64,000 nucleotides of DNA from Balanoglossus misakiensis (Eukaryota > Animalia > Hemichordata). Where the stretch lies: contig CM082594.2 in the NCBI GenBank assembly GCA_040954595.2, positions 1,630,247-1,694,246 of the forward strand, read 5' to 3'. Positions within the stretch are counted from its first letter, which is position 1, and every line of letters starts with the position of its first letter. The notes under the pieces were generated by a model that did not search any database, was not told the origin of the DNA, and saw nothing but the letters and a program-made list of their open reading frames with translations. Below, one piece after another: positions 39,425-52,939 of the stretch. Made by a program: the position numbers and the translations under genes.

Positions 39425-40619
39425 GAATTTTTCCTTTTTCTTAACTTTTGCATTAAACAGTCTTCCTTTTTGTCGTCGTAAACGTCCATTTTTAATTATA
39501 TATTTTTTTCTCCAAATTCTTTAATTCCATGGTCTTATATTTTTGTTGAACATAACTTCATAAACCGTTCTCTCCTGTATAGGTCTAAGCTATAGGCGCT
39601 CGATGGACAACATACAAATTACCAGGTCGGGCTCGGAGTGAGTAGTGTCCAGCTTACGTTGAGTTCATTGTCGCAGAAATTCAAGCAGTCTTTATTACAT
39701 TGTTTTTAAACTTTCCTATTAGGCCTAAATAGTCTATTTATTATTTGTCGTCATATACATCAACTTCTTTCTTTCTTTAAATTCATGATTTCTATAACTT
39801 CCTCAATTCCACGATCATTCCAGTTTTTTTTTTTTTGCAGAACATAGCAAAACAAAACCGTTCGCTCTCGTGCTGTTTGCGTGTGTTAGTACTAGGCTAA
39901 AGCTTCGTTTGGGTAAATAGTCGCAGAAACTCCAGCGGCTTTCAATTTTTGGTTTTTAAGTCCAATTTATTGTATGATGTTAATATACCATTGGGACCTT
40001 ATGGGGTCGGTTACATCTGGATGTCATAAACGTCATTTTTTAAAAAAAAATTCATCTTTCAAGTGTTTTGCATAACATGCCAAGACAAACCCGTTCCCTC
40101 CAATATAAGATAGGGACGGTAATTAATTGCAATAGGGGCCTAATAAACAGAGGATGGTCTAAAAGATATCGTTGGTGGTGCTATCCCGGACAGCCAGGGT
40201 CACGATGGGGTCACGTACGTCTATGATACCGCAAACAAGTCAACTCCACGCTAAATTCAACCTGTCCGCCGGACTGGTAACTTTTTTACTATCAGTCTGA
40301 TGGAAAAACAACCAGTCTCGGACTGTCGGACAGGCGTTATTTCGAATAGTGTGTCTTGCATAACATACCAATATAGGCCTTAGATAGGGACGGTCGATCG
40401 GCCACACAAATTATCAGGTCATTATTTCTCCACTTTAATATGGTCACTTTTTGTAGGATATAACAAGACAAAACCGCTCTATCCCATATAAATTATAAGA
40501 TAGGGTCGGTCAATCAGCTGGCCACGCACACAATTATCGTGCCGCGTGCTCTGTGTGTACGCCTATGTGTTAGTGAAGCTTCCGTTTGCTTAATAATCGT
40601 AGAAATTCAAGCAGTGTTT

Positions 40620-40739
40620 TCCTACGGCCATACCACGTCGAATACACCGGTTCTCGTCCGATCACCGAAGTTAAGCTGCGTTGGGCGTGCTTAATACTTG
40701 AATGGGTGACCGCCTGGGAATACCACGTGCCGTAGGCTT
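40620..40739 (+). rRNA. 5S rRNA variant (G1T, G71C/G75A/G82A)
   Basis: Full length; the +1 purine is lost. Confidence 0.85.
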
Positions 40740-41745
40740 GAATTTTTCCTGTTTCTTAACTTTTGCATTAAACAGTCTTCCTTTTTGTCGTAGTAAACGT
40801 CCATTTTTAATTATTTTTTTTCTCCAAATTCTTTAATTCCATGATCATATATTTTTGTTGAACATAACTTCATAAACCGTTCTCTCCTGTATATGTCTAA
40901 GCTATAGGCGCTAGATGGACAACATACAAATTACCAGGTCGGGCTCGGAGTGAGTAGTGTCCAGCTTACGTTGAGTTCATTGTCGCAGAAATTCAAGCAG
41001 TCTTTATTACATTGTTTTTAAACTTTCCTATTAGGCCTAAATAGTCTATTTATTATTTGTCGTCATATACATCAACTTCTTTCTTTCTTTAAATTCATGA
41101 TTTCTATAACTACCTCAATTCCACGATCATTCAAGTTTTCTTTTGCAGAACATAGCAAAACAAAACCGTTCGCTCTCGTGCTGTTTGCGTGTGTTAGTAC
41201 TAGGCTAAAGCTTCGTTTGGGTAAATAGTCGCAGAAACTCCAGCGGCTTTCAATTTTTGGTTTTTAAGTCCAATTTGGTGTATGATGTTAATATACCATT
41301 GGGACCTTATGGTGTCGGTTACATCTGTATGTCATAAACGTCATTTAAAAAAAAAATTAATCTTTCAAGTGTTTTGCATAACATGCCAAGACAAACCCGT
41401 TCCCTCCAATATAAGATAGGGACGGTAATTAATTGCAATAGGGGCCTAATAAACAGAGGATGGTCTAAAAGATATCGTTGGTGGTGCTATCCCGGACAGC
41501 CAGGGTCACGATGGGGTCACGTACGTCTATGATACCGCAAACAAGTCAACTCCACGCTAAATTCAACCTGTCCGCCGGACTGGTAACTTTTTTTACTATC
41601 AGTCTGATGGAAAAACAACCAGTCTCGGACTGTCGGACAGGCGTTATTTCGAATAGTGTGTCTTGCATAACATACCAATATAGGCCTTAGATAGGGACGG
41701 TCGATCGGCCACACAAATTATCAGGTCATTATTTCTCCACTTTAA

Positions 41746-42248
41746 AGGCACGTAAGCTGTAAATTTTGGGATAATTTTCATAATTTTTGTTTCAAACTGC
41801 ACTACCATTAGTCCATGCAGATGAAGGCAGTGAACTATACACAAGCATTATAAACCCTAAATATGAGTGCATATGCAAGTTTTAACCAGTTAAATAATAA
41901 AGCTTTGCCGCAAGCGATTATTGCCGCCACCGTGGGAAAATGCAAGAAACAATGAAAATGTTGCATTTCCGGTTATGAAACTTCATAAACAAAACATGAT
42001 CTCATCCACTTGAGCTCATGGAAGTAAATGTACACCACTGAGACATCAGATTTTCATTTTTCATTGCAATATTGCACTTTTTTAAAAATTGCAGGAATTT
42101 TCATTTTTCTTTAATTTTGGCCATTTTGTCATAAATAAGTGCTGAGCTTGATATATTATCATGAAATATCATTTAATAGACATAATTAAAAGCATATATG
42201 AGATTATTTAAAACTTTAATTTTTTATCCAGTTGCAGCTTACGTGCCT
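41746..42248. mobile_element. Kolobok-type non-autonomous element (503 bp) inserted in a 5S spacer
   Basis: Perfect 14-bp TIR AGGCACGTAAGCTG; TTAA TSD (41742-41745, 42249-42252); the other units show the empty site CACTTTAATATGG. Confidence 0.92.
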
Positions 42249-42433
42249 TTAATATGGTCACTTTTTGTAGGATATAACAAGACAAAACCGCTCTCTCCCA
42301 TATAAATCATAAGATAAGGTCGGTCAATCAGCTGGCCACGCACACAATTATCGTGCCGCGTGCTCTGTGTGTACGCCTATGTGTTAGTGAAGCTTCCGTT
42401 TGCTTAATAATTGTAGAAATTCAAGCAGTGTTT

Positions 42434-42552
42434 GCCTACGGCCATACCTCGTCAAATACACCGGTTCTCGTCCGATCACCGAAGTTAAGCTGCGTTGGGC
42501 GTGGTTAGTACTTGGATGGGTGACCGCCTGGGAATACCACGGCCATAGGCTT
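42434..42552 (+). rRNA. 5S rRNA degenerate copy (A16T, G21A, 1-nt deletion, G113A)
   Basis: 119 nt. Confidence 0.82.
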
Positions 42553-43741
42553 GAATTTTTCCTTTTTCTTAACTTTTGCATTAAACAGTCTTCCTTTTTG
42601 CCGTCGTAAACGTCCATTTTTAATTATTGTTTTTTCTCCAAATTCTTTAATTCCATGATCATATATTTTTGTTGAACATAACTTCATAAACCGTTCTCTC
42701 CTGTATAGGTCTAAGCTATAGGCGCTCGATGGACAACATACAAATTACCAGGTAGGGCTCGGAGTGAGTAGTGTCCAGCTTACGTTGAGTTCATTGTCGC
42801 AGAAATTCAAGCAGTCTTCGTTACATTGTTTTTAATTTTTCCTATTAGGCCTAAATAGTCTATTTATTATTTGTCGTCATATACATCAACTTCTTTCTTT
42901 CTTTAAATTCATGATTTCTATAACTACCTCAATTCCACGATCATTCGAGTTTTTTTTTGCAGAACATAGCAAAACAAAACCGTTCGCTCTCGTGCTGTTT
43001 GCGTGTGTTAGTACTAGGCTAAAGCTTCGTTTGGGTAAATAGTCGCAGAAACTCCAGCGGCTTTCAATTTTTGGTTTTTAAGTCCAATTTGGTGTATGAT
43101 GTTAATATACCATTGGGACCTTATGGGGTCGGTTACCACTGTATGTCATAAACGTCATTTAAAAAAAAAAAATTCATCTTTCAAGTGTTTTGCATAACAT
43201 GCCAAGACAAACCCGTTCCCTCCAATATAAGATAGGGACGGTAATTAATTGCAATAGGGGCCTAATAAACAGAGGATGGTCTAAAAGATATCGTTGGTGG
43301 TGCTATCCCGGACAGCCAGGGTCACGATGGGGTCACGTACGTCTATGATACAGCAAACAAGTCAACTCCACGCTAAATTCAACCTGTCCGCCGGACTGGT
43401 AACTTTTTTACTATCAGTCTGATGGAAAAACAACCAGTCTCGGACTGTCGGACAGGCGTTATATCGAATAGTGTGTCTTGCATAACATACCAATATAGGC
43501 CTTAGATAGGGACGGTCGATCGGCCACACAAATTATCAGGTCATTATTTCTCCACTTTAATATGGTCACTTTTTGTAGGATATAACAAGACAAAACCGCT
43601 CTCTCCCATATAAATTATAAGATAGGGTCGGTCAATCAGCTGGCCACGCACACAATTATCGTGCCGCGTGCTCTGTGTGTACGCCTATGTGCTAGTGAAG
43701 CTTCCGTTTGCTTAATAATCGTAGAAATTCAAGCAGTGTTT

Positions 43742-43861
43742 GCCTACGGCCATACCACGTCGAATACACCGGTTCTCGTCCGATCACCGAAGTTAAGCTG
43801 CGTTGGGCGTGGTTAGTACTTGGACGGGTGACCGCCTGGGAATACCATGTGCCGTAGGCTT
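43742..43861 (+). rRNA. 5S rRNA (T84C, C107T)
   Basis: Full length. Confidence 0.9.
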
Positions 43862-44967
43862 GAATTTTTCCTTTTTCTTAACTTTTGCATTAAACAGTCT
43901 TCCTTTTTGTCGTCGTAAACGTCCATTTTTAATTATTGTTTTTTCTCCAAATTCTTTAATTCCATGATCATATATTTTTGTTGAACATAACTTCATAAAC
44001 CGTTCTCTCCTGTATAGGTCTAAGCTATAGGCGCTCGATGGACAACATACAAATTACCAGGTCGGCCTCGGAGTGAGTAGTGTCCAGCTTACGTTGAGTT
44101 CATTGTCGCAGAAATTCAAGCAGTCTTCATTACATTGTTTTTAAACTTTCCTATTAGGCCTAAATAGTCTATTTATTATTTGTCGTCATATACATCAACT
44201 TCTTTCTTTCTTTAAATTCATGATTTCTATAACTACCTCAATTCCACGATCATTCAAGTTTTTTGCAGAACATAGCAAGACAAAACCGTTCGCTCTCGTG
44301 CTGTTTGCGTGTGTTAGTACTAGGCTAAAGCTTCGTTTGGGTAAATAGTCGCAGAAACTCCAGCGGCTTTCAATTTTTGGTTTTTAAGTCCAATTTGGTG
44401 TATGATGTTAATATACCATTGGGACCTTATGTGGTCGGTTAAATCTGTATGTCATAAACGTCATTTAAAAAAAAAAAATTCATCTTTCAAGTGTTTTGCA
44501 TAACATGCCAAGACAAACCCGTTCCCTCCAATATAAGATAGGGGCGGTAATTAATTGCAATAGGGGCCTAATAAACAGAGGATGGTCTAAAAGATATCGT
44601 TGGTGGTGCTATCCCGGACAGCCAGGGTCACGATGGGGTCACGTACGTCTATGATACCGCAAACAAGTCAACTCCACGCTAAATTCAACCTGTCCGCCGG
44701 ACTGGTAACTTTTTTTACTATCAGTCTGATGGAAAAACAACCAGTCTCGGACTGTTGGACAGGCGTTATTTCGAATAGTGTGTCTTGCATAACATACCAA
44801 TATAGGCCTTAGATAGGGACGGTCGATCGGCCACACAAATTATCAGGTCATTATTTCTCCACTTTAATATGGTCACTTTTTGTAGGATATAACAAGACAA
44901 AACCGCTCTCTCCCATATAAATTATAAGATAGGGTCGGTCAATCAGCTGGCCACGCACACAATTATC

Positions 44968-45017
44968 GTTAGTACTTGGATGGGTGACCGCCTGGGAATA
45001 CCACGTGCCGTAGGCTT
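44968..45017 (+). pseudogene. 5'-truncated 5S (nt 71-120 only)
   Basis: A 151-bp deletion fuses spacer AATTATCGT to TAGTACTTGG. Confidence 0.92.
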
Positions 45018-45524
45018 GAATTTTTCCTTTTTCTTAACTTTTGCATTAAACAGTCTTCCTTTTTGTCGTCGTAAACGTCCATTTTTAATTATATTTTTTT
45101 TCTCCAAATTCTTTAATTCCATGATCATATATTTTTGTTGAACATAACTTCATAAACCGTTCTCTCCTGTATAGGTCTAAGCTATAGGCGCTCGATGGAC
45201 AACATACAAATTACCAGGTCGGGCTCGGAGTAAGTAGTGTCCAGCTTACGTTGAGTTCATTGTCGCAGAAATTCAAGCAGTCTTCAACTCAACGTAAGAT
45301 GGACACTACTCACTCCGAGCTGGACCTGGTAATTTGTATGTTGTCCATCGAGCGCCTATAGCTTAGACCTATACAGGAGAGAACGGTTTATGAAGTTATG
45401 TTCAACAAAAATATATGATCATGGAATTAAAGAATTTGGACAAAAAAAAATAATTAAAAATGGACGTTTACGACGACAAAAAGGAAGACTGTTTAATGCA
45501 AAAGTTAAGAAAAAGGAAAAATTC

Positions 45525-45574
45525 AAGCCTACGGCACGTGGTATTCCCAGGCGGTCACCCATCCAAGTACTAAC
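45525..45574 (-). pseudogene. 5'-truncated 5S (nt 71-120 only)
   Basis: Same deletion junction (CAAGTACTAACGATAATT). Confidence 0.92.
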
Positions 45575-46671
45575 GATAATTGTGTGCGTGGCCAGCTGAT
45601 TGACCATATAATTTATATGGGAGAGAGCGGTTTTGTCTTGTTATATCCTACAAAAAGTGACCATATTAAAGTGGAGAAATAATGACCTGATAATTTGTGT
45701 GGCCGATCGACCGTCCCTATCTAAGGCCTATATTGGTATGTTATGCAAGACACACTATTCGAAATAACGCCAGTCCGACAGTCCGAGACTGGTTGTTTTT
45801 CCATCAGACTGATAGTAAAAAAGTTACCAGTCCGGCGGACAGGTTGAATTTAGCGTGGAGTTGACTTGTTTGCGGTATCATAGACGTACGTGACCCCATC
45901 GTGACCCTGGCTGTCCGGGATAGCACCACCAACGATATCTTTTAGACCATCCTCTGTTTATTAGGCCCCTATTGCAATTAATTACCGTCCCTATCTTATA
46001 TTGGAGGGAACGGGTTTGTCTTGGCATGTTATGCAAAACACTTGAAAGATGAATTTTTTTTTTAAATGACGTTTATGACATACAGATGTAACCGACACCA
46101 TAAGGTCCCAATGGTATATTAACATCATACACCAAATTGGACTTAAAAACCAAAAATTGAAAGCCGCTGGAGTTTCTGCGACTATTTACCCAAACGAAGC
46201 TTTAGCCTAGTACTAACACACGCAAACAGCACGAGAGCGAACGGTTTTGTCTTGCTATGTTCTGCAAAAAAAAACTTGAATGATCGTGGAGTTGAGGTAG
46301 TTATAGAAATCATGAATTTAAAGAAAGAAAGAAGTTGATGTATATGACGACAAATAATAAATAGACTATTTAGGCCTAATAGGAAAGTTTAAAAAAAATG
46401 TAATGAAGACTGCTTGAATTTCTGCGACAATGAACTCAACGTAAGCTGGACACTACTCACTCCGAGCCCGACCTGGTAATTTGTATGTTGTCCATCGAGC
46501 GCCTATAGCTTAGACCTATACAGGAGAGAACGGTTTATGAAGTTATGTTCAACAAAAATATATGATCATGGAATTAAAGAATTTGGAGAAAAAACAATAA
46601 TTAAAAATGGACGTTTACGACGACAAAAAGGAAGACTGTTTAATGCAAAAGTTAAGAAAAAGGAAAAATTC

Positions 46672-46791
46672 AAGCCTACGGCACATGGTATTCCCAGGCG
46701 GTCACCCATCCACGTACTAACCACGCCCAACGCAGCTTAACTTCGGTGATCGGACGAGAACCGGTGTATTCGACGTGGTATGGCCGTAGGC
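46672..46791 (-). rRNA. 5S rRNA (T79G, C107T)
   Basis: Full length. Confidence 0.9.
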
Positions 46792-47979
46792 AAACACTGC
46801 TTGAATTTCTACGATTATTAAGCAAACGGAAGCTTCACTAACACATAGGCGTACACACAGAGCACGCGGCACGATAATTGTGTGCGTGGCCAGCTGATTG
46901 ACCGACCCTATCTTATAATTTATATGGGAGAGAGCGGTTTTGTCTTGTTATATCCTACAAAAAGTGACCATATTAAAGTGGAGAAATAATGACCTGATAA
47001 TTTGTGTGGCCGATCGACCGTCCCTATCTAAGGCCTATATTGGTATGTTATGCAAGACACACTATTCGATATAACGCCTGTCCGACAGTCCGAGACTGGT
47101 TGTTTTTCCATCAGACTGATAGTAAAAAAAGTTACCAGTCCGGCGGACAGGTTGAATTTAGCGTGGAGTTGACTTGTTTGCGGTATCATAGACGTACGTG
47201 ACCCCATCGTGACCCTGGCTGTCCGGGATAGCACCACCAACGATATCTTTTAGACCATCCTCTGTTTATTAGGCCCCTATTGCAATTAATTACCGTCCCT
47301 ATCTTATATTGGAGGGAACGGGTTTGTCTTGGCATGTTATGCAAAACACTTGAAAGATGAATTTTTTTTTTAAATGACGTTTATGACATACAGATGTAAC
47401 CGACCCCATAAGGTCCCAATGGTATATTAACATCATACACCAAATTGGACTTAAAAACCAAAAATTGAAAGCCGCTGGAGTTTCTGCGACTATTTACCCA
47501 AACGAAGCTTTAGCCTAGTACTAACACACGCAAACAGCACGAGAGCGAACGGTTTTGTTTTGCTATATTCTGCAAAAAAAAACTCGAATGATCGTGGAAT
47601 TGAGGTAGTTATAGAAATCATGAATTTAAAGAAAGAAAGAAGTTGATGTATATGACGACAAATAATAAATAGACTATTTAGGCCTAATAGGAAAGTTTAA
47701 AAACAATGTAATGAAGACTGCTTGAATTTCTGCGACAATGAACTCAACGTAAGCTGGACACTACTCACTCCGAGCCCGACCTGGTAATTTGTATGTTGTC
47801 CATCGAGCGCCTATAGCTTAGACCTATAGAGGAGAGAACGGTTTATGAAGTTATGTTCAACAAAAATATATGATCATGGAATTAAAGAATTTAGAGAAAA
47901 AGCAATAATTAAAAATGGACGTTTACGACGACCAAAAGGAAGACTGTTTAATGCAAAAGTTAAGAAAAAGGAAAAATTC

Positions 47980-48029
47980 AAGCCTACGGCACGTGGTATT
48001 CCCAGGCGGTCACCCATCCAAGTACTAAC
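47980..48029 (-). pseudogene. 5'-truncated 5S (nt 71-120 only)
   Basis: Same deletion junction. Confidence 0.92.
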
Positions 48030-49136
48030 GATAATTGTGTGCGTGGCCAGCTGATTGACCGACCCTATCTTATAATAATATGGGAGAGAGCGGTTTTGTC
48101 TTGTTATATCCTACAAAAAGTGACCATATTAAAGTGGAGAAATAATGACCTGATAATTTGTGTGGCCGATCGACCGTCCCTATCTAAGGCCTATATTGGT
48201 ATGTTATGCAAGACACACTATTCGAAATTACGCCTGTCCGACAGTCCGAGACTGGTTGTTTTTCCTTCAGACTGATAGTAAAAAAAGTTACCAGTCCGGC
48301 GGACAGGTTGAATTTAGCGTGGAGTTCACTTGTTTGCGGTATCATAGACATACGTGACCCCATCGTGACCCTGGCTGTCCGGGATAGCACCACCAACGAT
48401 ATCTTTTAGACCATCCTCTGTTTATTAGGCCCCTATTGCAATTAATTACCGTCCCTATCTTATATTGGAGGGAACGGGTTTGTCTTGGCATGTTATGCAA
48501 AACACTTGAAAGATGAATTTTTTTTTTAAAATGACGTTTATGACATACAGATGTAACCGACCCCATAAGGTCCCAATGGTATATTAACATCATACACCAA
48601 ATTGGACTTAAAAACCAAAAATTGAAAGCCGCTGGAGTTTCTGCGACTATTTACCCAAACGAAGCTTTAGCCTAGTACTAACACACGCAAACAGCACGAG
48701 AGCGAACGGTTTTGTTTTGCTATGTTCTGCAAAAAAAAACTTGAATGATCGTGGAATTGAGGTAGTTATAGAAATCATGAATTTAAAGAAAGAAAGAAGT
48801 TGATGTATATGACGACAAATAATAAATAGACTATTTAGGCCTAATAGGAAAGTTTAAAAACAATGTAATGAAGACTGCTTGAATTTCTGCGACAATGAAC
48901 TCAACGTAAGCTGGACACTACTCACTCCGAGCCCGACCTGGTAATTTGTATGTTGTCCATCGAGCGCCTATAGCTTAGACCTATACAGGAGAGAACGGTT
49001 TATGAAGTTATGTTCAACAAAAATATATGATCATGGAATTAAAGAATTTGGAGAAAAAACAATAATTAAAAATGGACGTTTACGACGACAAAAAGGAAGA
49101 CTGTTTAATGCAAAAGTTAAGAAAAAGGAAAAATTC

Positions 49137-49256
49137 AAGCCTACGGCACGTGGTATTCCCAGGCGGTCACCCATCCAAGTACTAACCACGCCCAACGCAG
49201 CTTAACTTCGGTGATCGGACGAGAACCGGTGTATTCGACGTGGTATGGCCGTAGGC
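49137..49256 (-). rRNA. 5S rRNA (array reference sequence)
   Basis: Full length. Confidence 0.95.
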
Positions 49257-50444
49257 AAACACTGCTTGAATTTCTACGATTATTAAGCAAACGGAAGCTT
49301 CACTAACACATGGGCGTACACACAGAGCACGCGGCACGATAATTGTGTGCGTGGCCAGCTGATTGACCGACCCTATCTTATAATTTATATGGGAGAGAGC
49401 GGTTTTGTCTTGTTATATCCTACAAAAAGTGACCATATTAAAGTGGAGAAATAATGACCTGATAATTTGTGTGGCCGATCGACCGTCCCTATCTAAGGCC
49501 TATATTGGTATGTTATGCAAGACACACTATTCGATATAACGCCTGTCCGACAGTCCGAGACTGGTTGTTTTTCCATCAGACTGATAGTAAAAAAAGTTAC
49601 CAGTCCGGCGGACAGGTTGAATTTAGCGTGGAGTTGACTTGTTTGCGGTATCATAGACGTACGTGACCCCATCGTGACCCTGGCTGTCCGGGATAGCACC
49701 ACCGACGATATCTTTTAGACCATCCTCTGTTTATTAGGCCCCTATTGCAATTAATTACCGTCCCTATCTTATATTGGAGGGAACGGTTTGTCTTGGCATG
49801 TTATGCAAAACACTTGAAAGATGAATTTTTTTTTTTTAAAATGACGTTTATGACATACAGATGTAACCGACCCCATAAGGTCCCAATGGTATATTAACAT
49901 CATACACCAAATTGGACTTAAAAACCAAAAATTGAAAGCCGCTGGAGTTTCTGCGACTATTTACCCAAACGAAGCTTTAGCCTAGTACTAACACACGCAA
50001 ACAGCACGAGAGCGAACGGTTTTGTTTTGCTATGTTCTGCAAAAAAAAAACTCGAATGATCGTGGAATTGAGGTAGTTATAGAAATCATGAATTTAAAGA
50101 AAGAAAGAAGTTGATGTATATGACGACAAATAATAAATAGACTATTTAGGCCTAATAGGAAATTAAAAACAATGTAATGAAGACTGCTTGAATTTCTGCG
50201 ACAATGAACTCAACGTAAGCTGGACACTACTCACTCCGAGCTCGACCTGGTAATTTGTATGTTGTCCATCGAGCGCCTATAGCTTAGACCTATACAGGAG
50301 AGAACGGTTTATGAATTTATGTTCAACAAACATATATGATCATGGAATTAAAGAATTTGGAGAAAAAAAATAATTAAAAATGGACGTTTACGACGACAAA
50401 AAGGAAGACTGTTTAATGCAAAAGTTAAGAAAAAGGAAAAATTC

Positions 50445-50564
50445 AAGCCTACGGCACGTGGTATTCCCAGGCGGTCACCCATCCAAGTACTAAGCACGCC
50501 CAACGCAGCTTAACTTCGGTGATCGGACGAGAACCGGTGTATTCGACGTGGTATGGCCGTAGGC
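50445..50564 (-). rRNA. 5S rRNA (G71C)
   Basis: Full length. Confidence 0.93.
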
Positions 50565-51755
50565 AAACACTGCTTGAATTTCTACAATTATTAAGCAAAC
50601 GGAAGCTTCACTAACACATAGGCGTACACACAGAGCACGCGGCACGATAATTGTGTGCGTGGCCAGCTGATTGACCGGCCCTATCTTATAATTTATATGG
50701 GAGAGAGCGGTTTTGTCTTGTTATATCCTACAAAAAGTGACCATATTAAAGTGGAGAAATAATGACCTGATAATTTGTGTGGCCGATCGACCGTCCCTAT
50801 CTAAGGCCTATATTGGTATGTTATGCAAGACACACTATTCGAAATAACGCCTGTCCGACAGTCCGAGACTGGTTGTTTTTCCATCAGACTGATAGTAAAA
50901 AAGTTACCAGTCCGGCGGACAGGTTGAATTTAGCGTGGAGTTGACTTGTTTGCGGTATCATAGATGTACGTGACCCCATCGTGACCCTGGCTGTCCGGGA
51001 TAGCACCACCAACGATATCTTTTAGACCATCCTCTGTTTATTAGGCCCCTATTGCAATTAATTACCGTCCCTATCTTATATTGGAGGGAACGGGTTTGTC
51101 TTGGCATGTTATGCAAAACACTTGAAAGATGAATTTTTTTTTTTTAAATGACGTTTATGACATACAGATTTAATCGACCCCATAAGGTCCCAATGGTATA
51201 TTAACATCATACACCAAATTGGACTTAAAAACCAAAAATTGAAAGCCGCGGGAGTTTCTGCGACTGTTTACCCAAACGAAGCTTTAGCCTAGTACTAACA
51301 CACGCAAACAGCACGAGAGCGAACGGTTTTGTTTTGCTATGTTCTGCAAAAAAAACAAACTTGAATGATCGTGGAATTGAGGTAGTTATAGAAATCATGA
51401 ATTTAAAGAAAGAAAGAAGTTGATGTATATGACGACAAATAATAAATAGACTATTTAGGCCTAATAGGAAAGTTTAAAAACAATGTAATGAAGACTGCTT
51501 GAATTTCTGCGACAATGAACTCAACGTAAGCTGGACACTACTCACTCCGAGCCCGACCTGGTAATTTGTATGTTGTCCATCGAGCGCCTATAGCTTAGAC
51601 CTATACAGGAGAGAACGGTTTATGAATTTATGTTCAACAAACATATATGATCATGGAATTAAAGAATTTGGAGAAAAAAAATAATTAAAAATGGACGTTT
51701 ACGACGACAAAAAGGAAGACTGTTTAATGCAAAAGTTAAGAAAAAGGAAAAATTC

Positions 51756-51875
51756 AAGCCTACGGCACGTGGTATTCCCAGGCGGTCACCCATCCAAGTA
51801 CTAAGCACTCCCCACGCAGCTTAACTTCGGTGATCGGACGAGAACCGGTGTATTCGACGTGGTATGGCCGTAGGC
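51756..51875 (-). rRNA. 5S rRNA (T63G, C67A, G71C)
   Basis: Full length. Confidence 0.88.
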
Positions 51876-52820
51876 AAACACTGCTTGAATTTCTACGATT
51901 ATTAAGCAAACGGAAGCTTCACTACCACATAGGCGTACACACAGAGCACGCGGCACGATAATTGTGTGCGTGGCCAGCTGATTGACCGACCCGATCTTAT
52001 AATTTATATGGGAGAGAGCGGTTTTGTCCTGTTATATCCTACAAAAAGTGACCATATTAAAGTGGAGAAATAATGACCTGATAATTTGTGTGGCCGATCG
52101 ACCGTCCCTATCTAAGGCCTATATTGGTATGTTATGCAAGACACACTATTCGAAATAACGCCTGTCCGACAGTCCGAGACTGGTTGTTTTTCCATCAGAC
52201 TGATAGTAAAAAGTTACCAGTCCGGCGGAGAGGTTGAATTTAGCGTGGAGTTGACTTGTTTGCGGTATCATAGACGTACGTGACCCCATCGTGACCCTGG
52301 CTGTCCGAGATAGCACCACCAACGATATCTTTTAGACCATCCTCTGTTTATTAGGCCCCTATTGCAATTAATTACCGTCCCTATCTTATATTGGAGGGAA
52401 CGGGTTTGTCTTGGCATGTTATGCAAAACACTTGAAAGATGAATTTTTTTTTTAAAAAATGACGTTTATGACATACAGATGTAACCGACCCCATAAGGTC
52501 CCAATGATATATATTTACATCATACACCAAATTGGACTTAAAAACCAAAAATTGAAAGCCGCTGGAGTTTCTGCGACTATGAACTCAACGTAAGCTGGAC
52601 ACTACTCACTCCGAGCCCGACCTGGTAATTTGTATGTTGTCCATCGAGCGCCTATAGCTTAGACCTATATAGGAGAGAACGGTTTATGAAGTTATGTTCA
52701 ACAAAAATATATAACCATGGAATTAAAGAATTTGGAGAAAAAACAATAATTAAAAATGGACGTTTACGGCGACAAAAAGGAAGACTGTTTAATGCAAAAG
52801 TTAAGAAAAAGGAAAAATTC

Positions 52821-52939
52821 AAGCCTACGGCACGTGGTATTCCCAGGCGGTCACCCATCCAAGTACTAAGCACGCCCAACCAGCTTAACTTTGGTGATCG
52901 GACGAGAACCGGTGTATTCGACGTGGTATGGCCGTAGGC
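52821..52939 (-). rRNA. 5S rRNA degenerate copy (G48A, C60 deleted, G71C)
   Basis: 119 nt. Confidence 0.85.
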
